In this document: positions 52,733 through 61,982 of the stretch, in pieces
Layout: each line of letters opens with the position of its first letter
Numbering within the stretch: position 1 is the first letter of the stretch
From: Bdellovibrionales bacterium
GTDB lineage: Bacteria; Bdellovibrionota; Bdellovibrionia; Bdellovibrionales; JAUICD01
Length of the DNA: 64,000 bases
Reading direction: 5' to 3'
Assembly: GCA_965203275.1 (NCBI GenBank)
Contig: OZ241865.1
Coordinates: forward strand, 1,728,001-1,792,000
Program-made: the position numbers and the translations under genes
Notes under the pieces: generated by a model
The model's input: only the letters and a program-made list of their open reading frames with translations
The model's database searches: none
Told to the model about the DNA's origin: nothing

Positions 52733-52869
52733 GGTTTATTTTCTTTATTTAACATTTAACATGATTAACATGATTAAAGTGATTTTCTTATATATTTTCA
52801 ATTTAAAAAGCAAGCCTGTCAAATCATTAATTGAGTAAAATATTGTTTTGTTTTTGGAAGTATAGTGTT

Positions 52870-52976
52870 GATCCGGGATCCCGGGAGCTGGGATCTGGGA
52901 TCCGGGAGCTGGGATCCGGGATCTGGGATCCGGGATCCGGGATCTGGGATCCGGGATCCGGGATCTGGGAGCTGGC
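52870..52976. repeat. Heptamer tandem repeat (GGGATCC/GGGATCT/GGGAGCT) x ~15
   Basis: Direct reading; shorter tracts at 12837, 13373, 23100 and 58353. Confidence 0.95.
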
Positions 52977-53008
52977 AATGCAGAATTTTTTCCTTTATGA
53001 AGTGGGTT

Positions 53009-53284
53009 TTATTTTTCTTGTTGGTTTTTAGCTAACATCTCAAATAATCGATCAAGCCTTTGATTGGTTTGATCAATCTTTTGTCCAAGTCTTTGATTGG
53101 TTTGATCAATCTTTTCTTCAAGTCTTCTTATTTGAGTAGGAATATGGTTATTTACTTGATTTTCAATATGGTTTAGCCGGTTATGGATAGGGCTAACTAA
53201 AAATTGAAGTATAACGATCAAGCTAGCAAGACCACATAAAACACCTATTATTAAACCTGCATTCTTTTGAAAAAAGTCTTTCAT
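53009..53284 (-). CDS. Single-TM plus coiled-coil protein with 11-aa repeats, copy 1
   Basis: GAGG RBS; KIDQTNQRL x2. Confidence 0.85.
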   Translation of the reverse strand: MKDFFQKNAGLIIGVLCGLASLIVILQFLVSPIHNRLNHIENQVNNHIPTQIRRLEEKIDQTNQRLGQKIDQTNQRLDRLFEMLAKNQQEK

Positions 53285-53318
53285 AATTTACCTCTTTTCT
53301 TTTACTATACCATTAAAA

Positions 53319-53397
53319 CCTGAGTTTGACAGCCTGCAAAAACAAAGCTTAGTAAATTCAGCAGGTTATAAGCGTAATAAGATTTTGTATATGCCAC
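53319..53397 (-). mobile_element. MITE right-end remnant between duplicated genes
   Basis: CCTGAGTTTGACAGCCTGCAAAAA...TGCCAC is the reverse complement of the 3' end of the MITEs at 25650 and 61983. Confidence 0.85.
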
Positions 53398-53410
53398 TAT
53401 GAAGTGGGTT

Positions 53411-53719
53411 TTATTTTTCTTGTTGGTTTTTAGCTAACATCTCAAATAATCGATCAAGTCTTTGATTGGTCTGATCAATCTTTTGTTCAAGTCTCTGGTT
53501 GGTCTGATCAATCTTTTCTCCAAGTCTTTGATTGGTCTGATCAATCTTTTGTCCAAGTTCTCTTATTTGAGTAGGGATATGGTTATTTACTTGATTTTCA
53601 ATATGGTTTAGCCGGTTATAGATAGGGCTAACTAAAAATTGAAGTATAACGATCAAGCTAGCAAGACCACCTAAAACACCTATTATTAAACCTATATTCT
53701 TTTGAAAAAAATCTTTCAT
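53411..53719 (-). CDS. Single-TM plus coiled-coil protein with 11-aa repeats, copy 2
   Basis: Near-identical to copy 1 with one extra 33-bp unit (KIDQTNQRL x3). Confidence 0.85.
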   Translation of the reverse strand: MKDFFQKNIGLIIGVLGGLASLIVILQFLVSPIYNRLNHIENQVNNHIPTQIRELGQKIDQTNQRLGEKIDQTNQRLEQKIDQTNQRLDRLFEMLAKNQQEK

Positions 53720-54015
53720 AATTTACCTCTTTTCTTTTACTATACCATTAAAAGACAAGAAATAAAACAAAAATCCTTTTGATGCACAGTATTATATTAT
53801 TGTTTTGAAACACTTAGAAATAGCAAATTATTCTATATTTTGATTAAATTTGAAACAATTAATATTTTGAAATTCTAAATAATTTCAATAATTTAGAAGA
53901 TTTGATGTTGACTATTCTAAAGATATATAAGTAATAAGCATATATAAAATCTACTATAGCTTTAGGGAGTATTTCTGGCATATATTTTTGACTTCCTTTT
54001 CTGCTACTCACCTTT

Positions 54016-56232
54016 TTATTTTTTCTTCAAAAGCTTAAGAAACTCTTCCATTTGCAAATTCTTTTTGTGAGGAAAATCAAGAATCATAAACTCATTAATC
54101 ATTTGTGGGCTTGAAGGTTTTATGTATGTTCCTAAGCTAATTAATAAGCTCTTTTTTGATTCATATTTTTTAATAAGTCCGTAGGATAGCATTTGTTTCT
54201 CAAGACCTTCTTGTTGATATTGAGAGTGAAATGTTAAACAAAAAGGTTCTGCACCTAAACACAAGCTATGAGGTCTTTTGTTTTTTTCTGTGTCTTTTAT
54301 ATAGCCCTCTATTAAATCAAATATTTTTTTAAAAGTCACAAAATCAAAATACAATAACCAATAGATCGCATCAGAATGACCTGAAGAATATTTTAATAGC
54401 TTCTTAAATTGATCTATTGTTAAACCTTGTGTTTGTGTTATTTTTTTTAAATCATTCAAATGAATAGAAGAAATAGCATTTTGAGTATAGAGGTTATCCC
54501 ACTCTTTAATAAACCTTCTTAATCGAGGGTCTAAATTTAACTTTGGCTTTTTTTGAGGGTCAGGATTATGACTACAGTAATAATCATCAAAAGGAGCAAT
54601 CCATTCTGAAGGAATAAATACAAGCTGATCATTGCCTTTAAAATTAAATCCACCACAGGGACTATTTGTAAGATACAGTCCAAAATAACTCAGCTCATCT
54701 AATGCACAAATAGTTTGTTCATCCTGTACCTGTACCTCTAATCGAGACTTGATATAATGTATAAATAAGGAGGGATATTCTATATGGTTTAAAATAATTT
54801 CTAATTCTAAAAGATTAACAGCCCAAGGATATTGATTTTCTTTAAATAAATTTTGTAGTTTGGTTGTTTTTAAATTTTGTGTGATCATCATTAAATTTTC
54901 TAAACCAATACAAATAGAAAAAACCTCTAAGTGACTTGATTTTTCTATATGTATAGGCTTGCTACCTTGATAAAAAATAGGTTTATCTTCACTTAAAATA
55001 TAATCAGAAGTTCTTTGAGTTTGCTCATAAGCCTTTCCAATAATTTCTTTTAAGCCATATTCAAGCTGTTGTTTATAACCACCAGCTTTGGCTTTATATC
55101 TTAGAGAGCCAGATTTGACTTCAGCTATAATGATCTTGTTGTCATACTCTATTAAAATATCAACTTCATAGTCTTTACCTTTATATTGATACTTTAAATT
55201 TTTATAGACTCGATCCTTAAAAACTTTTTGAAAGCTTGTATAAGCTAATTCTTCTGCATATTTACTTTTTGCATTGTTGTATTGTTTCCACAGAGTTTTA
55301 TGGCTCTCTTTTTTATCTTTGATCAAGCATTCTAGTTGATGAATGATACCGTATTGGATTTGCTCAATATTTATTCCTAAATAGCCATTTTGCGTTTTTA
55401 TAATAGGCTTTTTCCAAGATATATCTTCATCTAATAATGAGTTATAATTAGGATTTCCTTCCCCTATTTGAATAGAGCAGTTTTCAAGATAAGTGCAAAT
55501 TTCTTCTCTAAATGCATCCCTTTCATTTTTTGGAAGTTTCTCTTTCAGCAAAGTTTCTATATCATCTTCTATATCATCTTCAGTAAATAAAAAATTTGTG
55601 TCGTGATTTTTGAATTTTTTGTCATAAATATTTGCTACTGCTCTTGAAAATGCACGGGCAATTAAAGGCTTAAATCCAAACTCTTTAAAAAAAGAGTAAC
55701 TTAAAGGCTTAAGTCCAAATTTTTCTAAAAAATTATGACTTAGAGAACTCATTTTTTTTCTTTTAATTAAGTCTTCTATATGATCAGAGTTTATCTCACC
55801 AAATAGACTACAAAACTTTTTTTCTAATTGGTTAGGGTATATTTCAGGATTGATTAGGCTTAAAAGGTATTGACTTTGAGAAAGGTATAAAAAATCATGC
55901 CAAGAGTTATTGTTGTTTTCCTTATGCCTAATTGGCCAATGAAAAGCACGGCAGTAGTTGATTAGAGTTTCTTTTAATCGATGAATATCTTTTTGGGATG
56001 GTTTTTTTGTTGAGATTTTTTTTTGTTTTAAGTACATGTTGAATAAAAAATTAACTATGGGTTGTTGTATTTTTTCTTCAACAGATAATGATTGCGACAT
56101 GTAATAATATTTAGAAATATAAAAAAGTGTTTCAATAGGATCATATTTGGAAATAAAATCATCTATTTCTTTTTTAGATTGCTTTATTTCTCTTTCATTT
56201 CTTTGTTGGATAATTTCTAAATAATCTTTCAT
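54016..56232 (-). CDS. NERD-like PD-(D/E)XK nuclease domain protein
   Basis: YAEE...EVDILIEY...IIAEVKSG motif; start overlaps fic stop. Confidence 0.65.
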   Translation of the reverse strand: MKDYLEIIQQRNEREIKQSKKEIDDFISKYDPIETLFYISKYYYMSQSLSVEEKIQQPIVNFLFNMYLKQKKISTKKPSQKDIHRLKETLINYCRAFHWPIRHKENNNNSWHDFLYLSQSQYLLSLINPEIYPNQLEKKFCSLFGEINSDHIEDLIKRKKMSSLSHNFLEKFGLKPLSYSFFKEFGFKPLIARAFSRAVANIYDKKFKNHDTNFLFTEDDIEDDIETLLKEKLPKNERDAFREEICTYLENCSIQIGEGNPNYNSLLDEDISWKKPIIKTQNGYLGINIEQIQYGIIHQLECLIKDKKESHKTLWKQYNNAKSKYAEELAYTSFQKVFKDRVYKNLKYQYKGKDYEVDILIEYDNKIIIAEVKSGSLRYKAKAGGYKQQLEYGLKEIIGKAYEQTQRTSDYILSEDKPIFYQGSKPIHIEKSSHLEVFSICIGLENLMMITQNLKTTKLQNLFKENQYPWAVNLLELEIILNHIEYPSLFIHYIKSRLEVQVQDEQTICALDELSYFGLYLTNSPCGGFNFKGNDQLVFIPSEWIAPFDDYYCSHNPDPQKKPKLNLDPRLRRFIKEWDNLYTQNAISSIHLNDLKKITQTQGLTIDQFKKLLKYSSGHSDAIYWLLYFDFVTFKKIFDLIEGYIKDTEKNKRPHSLCLGAEPFCLTFHSQYQQEGLEKQMLSYGLIKKYESKKSLLISLGTYIKPSSPQMINEFMILDFPHKKNLQMEEFLKLLKKK

Positions 56233-57650
56233 AAGATTCTATTTTTCCTAAGTTTTTGAGCTTTTTGCCAATTTTCAAACTGCTGTTTATTAACCTTATA
56301 GCGTGCAAAATTTCCTTCATGTAAAGAGATAAGTTCCGACTCAATCACTTCAATAAACTGTGATTGTTCTCTTATAGGAAATTTTTTAGATTCTTGCTTT
56401 ATTCTCTTTAAAGTATTTTTCACTGGTAATGGTTTACTGATCAGTGAATGGATCAATAAGCTGATTTCTTTATGATATTTTAAACGGAAAAGATCTGGTT
56501 TTGCATGTTCTATATGACTTAAAACATTATATTGTTTAGCAGAGCGTTCATAAGCCCATAAGAAGACATCTCTCAATAAAAAAATACTTCTTTTTTCATA
56601 CACTCCTAACACACCTTGTGTATAAATATCTTTAGGTACATCAAGAAAAGATAAAGGTGAAAGTTGATTCTTAATCAAAGGAATGTTAGTAGCTAAGCGA
56701 GAAACACGTTTATTAACATCTGTAAATGGTTGCAAATAGGGAAGATGAACCATGATAAAAAAAGCCTGCTCATATGGATTTTGAATTTGCCGTGCTTTTT
56801 TCAGAATAAGATCAAATAATTCCTCTATCATTTGTGGAATATCTAATGGCTCATAAGTAGAACCTTTAATTCCTACAATTTTTTGACGCAAAGAGCCTGA
56901 ATATTGCGGTTCTAAGAGGTTGTGGGATAGCAATGCATGTAGATTAAGGATTGTTGGTTTGTTAAATCCGATATCATTACCATGCTTTTTTGATTCGACC
57001 AGAAATCTAATAGCTTCTTTATGGTTTAAAATCATTTGAGCTTCAGTAGCTTTTTTGTCATCTGCTAGCTCACTAAACTCAAGTAGCCTTTGTGTTTCTA
57101 ATAAAGAATAAGTATTTCCTTCAAGACGGCTAGAATTCCATGAGAGATCAATTAATAAACGATTTAAGATGTCTTTAGAATAAGTTTCAACAGGTTGAAT
57201 AAGGTTTTTTATACTGCCTATTTGAGTCAATTTTTTAATTTGAGCAGGTGTCAAATAGCTATTTTTACTATTGGGTTGATAGGATTCTAAGAAATCACGA
57301 GAATAACTTACAGGTTCTCTCTTTTGCTTGGGGAGCTTCACAAAAGTTAAAATATGTTGACCAGCTTTTGAAAGTGGGATAACAGAATGATTTAAGTGGT
57401 TTTCTTGTTGAGATGTGTCCTTTAAAGAAGTCAAATAATACCTTGTTGCACGAGATTGACCTGTCACGTAGATTTTTTTCTGCTCTGCCAGTAAGGAAAG
57501 CTTTCTCTGTAAGGTTCTTCGAGTCCACTTTAAGCCTAATTGGATGACTTCACTTTCTATTTCTTCTATAGAAGCTCCGTTTGGAAAGCCCTTTAAAATA
57601 TCTCTAACATTGTCTAATTCTTGCTTCTGAGTTATTTTTTTTGTAGGCAT
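56229..57650 (-). CDS. Fic family protein with N-terminal HTH
   Basis: SWNSSRLEGN and LQPFTDVNKRVSR (Fic motif variant); RRTLQRKL HTH-like segment. Confidence 0.9.
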   Translation of the reverse strand: MPTKKITQKQELDNVRDILKGFPNGASIEEIESEVIQLGLKWTRRTLQRKLSLLAEQKKIYVTGQSRATRYYLTSLKDTSQQENHLNHSVIPLSKAGQHILTFVKLPKQKREPVSYSRDFLESYQPNSKNSYLTPAQIKKLTQIGSIKNLIQPVETYSKDILNRLLIDLSWNSSRLEGNTYSLLETQRLLEFSELADDKKATEAQMILNHKEAIRFLVESKKHGNDIGFNKPTILNLHALLSHNLLEPQYSGSLRQKIVGIKGSTYEPLDIPQMIEELFDLILKKARQIQNPYEQAFFIMVHLPYLQPFTDVNKRVSRLATNIPLIKNQLSPLSFLDVPKDIYTQGVLGVYEKRSIFLLRDVFLWAYERSAKQYNVLSHIEHAKPDLFRLKYHKEISLLIHSLISKPLPVKNTLKRIKQESKKFPIREQSQFIEVIESELISLHEGNFARYKVNKQQFENWQKAQKLRKNRIL

Positions 57651-57712
57651 GTAGAGAATCCTTTTATTGGTTTTTAAATTTCTGTGAATTGATCTTTAAA
57701 CATTATATCACA

Positions 57713-57763
57713 GAATTTGTCGCACAAATAGTTTGCACGACAAATTCGTGATTTGCACGACAA
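57713..57763. promoter_or_regulatory. Putative operator upstream of fic
   Basis: GAATTTGTCG-N15-CGACAAATTC inverted repeat plus TTTGCACGACAA direct repeat. Confidence 0.6.
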
Positions 57764-57887
57764 TTTTATTATTTTGAAACGTTTTGTATGAATATCTAAG
57801 ATTATTTTATGAAAAACGAAAACTAGAAACTTGCTTAAGAAAATAATGTATAATAAAACACATAGAAAAATACAGAGAAATGAACGT

Positions 57888-58948
57888 CTTGTTTCCTTAA
57901 CATTTCACTCAAAATGCATCATGCCGTCTTTTGCACTTGAAATGAACCACACCTCTGTTTCCCTAAAATTGAACTAGCCTCTGGCTACTTTTGGGCAGTT
58001 AGCCCGACGACTGTCGTCGTCGATCAAAGGCTAACTCCCTCAAAAGCTTGTTCAATTTTAGGAAGAAGGATGTCCTCATTTTTTTACTTCATATTAAGGA
58101 AAAAGATTTCCTTCTGATGTTTGCTCTGACAGCTATCGCTGTCCAAAAAGAGCAATGTCGTTGGTTCACTAAAAGTAAACTAGCCTTTGTTTCACTCAAA
58201 GTGAACTGGCCTCTGGCCACTTTTGGACAATGACCGCAAAGGCTTTCGCCTTTGACAAAATGGTCATTGCCTCAAAAGCCTGTTCACTTTGAGTAAGAAG
58301 GATCTCATCGTCTCTTAACTACATGTTAAGGAAACAAGATTTCCTTCGTTCTTGCCGGGTTGCCGGATCCTGGATCCCGGATCCCAGAAAAATACGATGT
58401 TAAGGAAACAAGATGTTTATTTCACGTCGATAAATGGTCATTGCCTCAAAAGCCTGACCACTTTTAGTTGGGAGGATCCTCTCGTCTCTTTACACGATGT
58501 TAAGGGAAAAGTTCCTTCTTACATCTTTTGCCTGCAAAGGCTTTCGCCTTTGACAAAATAGGCAACACCTAAAAAATCCGTTCATTTCAAGTAAGAAAGG
58601 ATATCCTTGCCTCTTGACATCATGTTAAGGAAAATGTCCTTCTAATGGCAGTTAGCCCGACGGCTTACGCTGTTGACAAAATGGTCATTGTCTCAAAAAT
58701 CTATGCATTTTGAGTAGAGAAGGATCCTTTTATTCCTTTACACCATGTTAAGGAAAAATTCTTTTATTTTCTTAGGAGCAAGCGACTTACGATAAAGGAA
58801 CTTTTTCCTTAACATGTAGTTATGAGACGAGGATATCCTCCCCTACTAAAAGTAAACGGACTTTTGAGATAGCCAGCCTTTGATCGACGGCGACAGCCGT
58901 CGGGCTGGCTATCCAAAAGCAACCAGAGGTTGGTTTACTTTTAGTGAA
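57888..58948. repeat. Cluster 6 of covarying multi-stem element (about 8 full or partial copies, heptamers, linker)
   Basis: Full copies at about 57957-58102 (minus), 58190-58335 (minus) and 58804-58948 (plus). Confidence 0.93.
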
Positions 58949-59323
58949 TTAAAACCGAGATGTATGGTACTTAAAGTCTTTCACCCTTTTGCTTTCATCA
59001 AAGTTGATAATAACAGTTAAGGTTTTTTGTCGGGATGTACGTTTTCCGCTACTCCCACCTATTAAAATCAATGTACCATAAGCTTGAGAAGTCGATACTG
59101 AACTGCTGATTTTATCGTAAATCCACACTTCGTTACCATCGTCATCTGTACTCACAATATTCGGAGAGCCTAAAACAGTGGCAACTTCTGCCCCACTCAT
59201 GCCTCTTTTGATTTCTTTTTGTACTGCTCCAACTGTAAGCTGTTGGCTATCATCACGTTGAGTGGCACATCCACTTATGAATAATACTGCAAATAAAACT
59301 GTAAATAATTTTAAATGTTTCAT
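58949..59323 (-). CDS. BamE/SmpA-like lipoprotein
   Basis: Lipobox ISGC; GMSGAEVATVLGSP...VWIY; AAGGAG RBS. Confidence 0.8.
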   Translation of the reverse strand: MKHLKLFTVLFAVLFISGCATQRDDSQQLTVGAVQKEIKRGMSGAEVATVLGSPNIVSTDDDGNEVWIYDKISSSVSTSQAYGTLILIGGSSGKRTSRQKTLTVIINFDESKRVKDFKYHTSRF

Positions 59324-59654
59324 TCTATACTCCTTTTTGTTGCATTTGATTTTTCGTCTATAATTATAGTGTGCTTTCTATTAACTTTTGTCAATGAAAT
59401 ATTTTTTATCTCCAAATCTCCAACAATTTACATAAGCCATAAGTATCTAAGTGCATTTCTTGACCATCAAAACAGCAACAGAAAAACTTAACCTTTTAGT
59501 AAAAGATATTCCTAAAAGAACTTAGCATTAAATAACTTCTTTAAAATACTTAACTCATATAATAAAAAGAGTCTTTTTATAACCTCTAAAGCCTAAAATA
59601 ATTTATTTTTGCTATGATGCTATTATGATCGCTATGATCTTTTTCCGTAGTATT

Positions 59655-60671
59655 TTATTCTAAAATCTTTCGAGAATTAATAAGGCCTTGAGCTTCACGT
59701 TCTTGTATAGATTGTTCAAATGTCACCATGCCTTGTGACCGGCTTGTTTGCATAATAGAAGGTATTTGAGATATTTTACTTTCACGAATACAATTAGATA
59801 CAGCAGTGTTCGTTATAAGCACTTCAAAAATAGCCACTCGACCTTTTTTATCTGCTTTTTTAACTAAAGTTTGTGCTACAACTCCTCTTAAAGATTCAGC
59901 AAGCATAGTTCTAATTTGCCCTTGCTTTTCAGCGGGAAACACATCAATGATCCTATTAACTGTTTGAACAGCACTGTTGGTGTGAAGTGTTCCAAAAACA
60001 AGATGGCCTGTCTCCGCAGCCGTCAAGGCTAACTGTATAGTTTCTAAATCTCGCATTTCACCCACAAGAATCACATCAGGGTCTTCCCTCAAAGTAACCC
60101 TGAGTGCTGCTGCAAAGGATTTACTATGTGTATAAATCTCTCTTTGATTGATAAGAGATTTTTTGTTTTTGTGTACAAATTCAATAGGGTCTTCAATGGT
60201 AATGATATGTAGATTATAATTTTCGTTTAAGTGATCAATCAAAGAAGATATGGTAGTAGATTTACCAGAACCTGTATAACCAGTGACAAGCACTAATCCA
60301 TTATGATTAGAAGTTAAGTTGATAATAGAATCTGGAACCAAAAGACTTCGAGAAGATTGTACTATATCAGGTACATATCGGAAGACACCACTAATCCCTC
60401 TTAATTGCATGAACAAACTTAAACGGAAACGACCTTCCCCCTTCACACTATAAGCACAATCTAACTCTAAATTTTCTGTAAATTGTTTTTTTTGCCTCTC
60501 TGTAAGTAACTCAAAAAGCAACCCTTGACATTCTGAAGCAGTTAAATCTCTATATTTGACAGGACACATATCTCCGTGAATACGCATAAAAGGTGGGCAA
60601 CCACTACTAATGTGCAAATCTGAACCATTTGCCTGCTTTAATTTAACCAATAAATCATCTAATTTTGCCAT
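59655..60671 (-). CDS. pilT: Type IV pilus retraction ATPase
   Basis: GSDLHI, TGSGKST, EDPIE, LREDPD, AETGHLVFGTLH motifs. Confidence 0.92.
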   Translation of the reverse strand: MAKLDDLLVKLKQANGSDLHISSGCPPFMRIHGDMCPVKYRDLTASECQGLLFELLTERQKKQFTENLELDCAYSVKGEGRFRLSLFMQLRGISGVFRYVPDIVQSSRSLLVPDSIINLTSNHNGLVLVTGYTGSGKSTTISSLIDHLNENYNLHIITIEDPIEFVHKNKKSLINQREIYTHSKSFAAALRVTLREDPDVILVGEMRDLETIQLALTAAETGHLVFGTLHTNSAVQTVNRIIDVFPAEKQGQIRTMLAESLRGVVAQTLVKKADKKGRVAIFEVLITNTAVSNCIRESKISQIPSIMQTSRSQGMVTFEQSIQEREAQGLINSRKILE

Positions 60672-60917
60672 TAGAACCTCTTTTGCTCTTAAAGTTTTTA
60701 TTATTTTCTTTCAATATAATCGGCACTTGATAAAAATTATTTAATTTTTTTGAAAATTTAAAAATATTGTATCATTATGAAACAATATTAACTTTTAATG
60801 ATATGATGATGATTGTATTAAAATGAGACAATCTAAAGGTATAGCAAAAATCCAAAAACAATTTCAAATGAGAAGAAAAATGCACGATAACAAACAGATA
60901 ACAATGAGGTACAAATT

Positions 60918-61922
60918 ATGATCAACGTAGCAGTTATAGGAGCAACAGGATTGGTAGGTTCTACTTTGCTTCAAATACTTAGGGAGCGTAAGTTTCCTTC
61001 CTCTCATTTGGCCTTATTTGCAAGCAGAGCTTCTCAAGGACAGAGCATATCCTTTGGTCAAGAGCGTATTGTGTTAGATGTTCTTTCTGAAGATAAACTT
61101 CAAAATTTAAATTTAGCTTTTTTTGTAGCTGATGATCCAATAAGTCGTAAATGGGTTCCTATAGCTCTTAAGGCAGGTGTGACTGTGATAGATAATGCTG
61201 CTACTTTTCGTATGGATCCTCAAGCTGTCTTGATTGTGCCTGAGGTCAATGGTCATTTGTTGTCATCAAAACCTCACTTGATTGCTAACCCGAATTGTTC
61301 GACTATACAAATGGCTGTGGCACTTTGGCCTCTTGACCAAAAGTTTGGTATTGAAACCATTAAAGTAGCCACTTATCAATCAGTGAGTGGATCTGGAAAG
61401 GCTGCTATTGAAGAGCTTAAGCATAATACATTAGCTGATCTCAAAAGCCCATCTCAAAATACCAAGTCACAAGTTTATCCACATAATATTGCTTTCAATA
61501 ATTTGCCTCATATTGGTTCTTTTAATAATGAAGGCTTCTGCACTGAAGAGATAAAAATGAGAAATGAAATGCGAAAAATTTTTAACAACCCATCTTTGAA
61601 AATCACAGCTTTTTGTGTTCGAACTCCTACCTTAAATGCTCATAGTGAGGCAATATGGGTCACATTTAAGCAAAAAACTAATTTAGCTGACATTTTATCT
61701 TGTTTAAAGTCTGCTCCAGGGATTCAAGTGATAGATCATCCTAGTCAAAACCAATATCCTTTAGCAAGGATGGCATCAGGTCAGGATCATGTATTTGTAG
61801 GACGTATTCATCAAGACCCTGATGATGATCGCACTTGGCTGATGTGGGTTGTAGCAGATAATATTAGAAAGGGAGCAGCTCTCAACGCAGTGCAAATTGC
61901 AGAAATACTACATGACTTATGA
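60918..61922 (+). CDS. asd: Aspartate-semialdehyde dehydrogenase
   Basis: GATGLVG, ANPNCST, YQSVSGSG and DNIRKGAA motifs. Confidence 0.97.
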   Translation: MINVAVIGATGLVGSTLLQILRERKFPSSHLALFASRASQGQSISFGQERIVLDVLSEDKLQNLNLAFFVADDPISRKWVPIALKAGVTVIDNAATFRMDPQAVLIVPEVNGHLLSSKPHLIANPNCSTIQMAVALWPLDQKFGIETIKVATYQSVSGSGKAAIEELKHNTLADLKSPSQNTKSQVYPHNIAFNNLPHIGSFNNEGFCTEEIKMRNEMRKIFNNPSLKITAFCVRTPTLNAHSEAIWVTFKQKTNLADILSCLKSAPGIQVIDHPSQNQYPLARMASGQDHVFVGRIHQDPDDDRTWLMWVVADNIRKGAALNAVQIAEILHDL

Positions 61923-61982
61923 CCCTGTCAGAGCAATGCCCATTACCATTCGCAATCATTTTTTGAATTTGAAGCATTAAAT

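Noticed and set aside
52745..53031. ORFs with PDPRSRI / GSGIWDP repeats
   Set aside because: They are translations of the heptamer tract with no RBS.
58048..58561. Short ORFs in cluster 6
   Set aside because: Artefacts of palindromic repeats.
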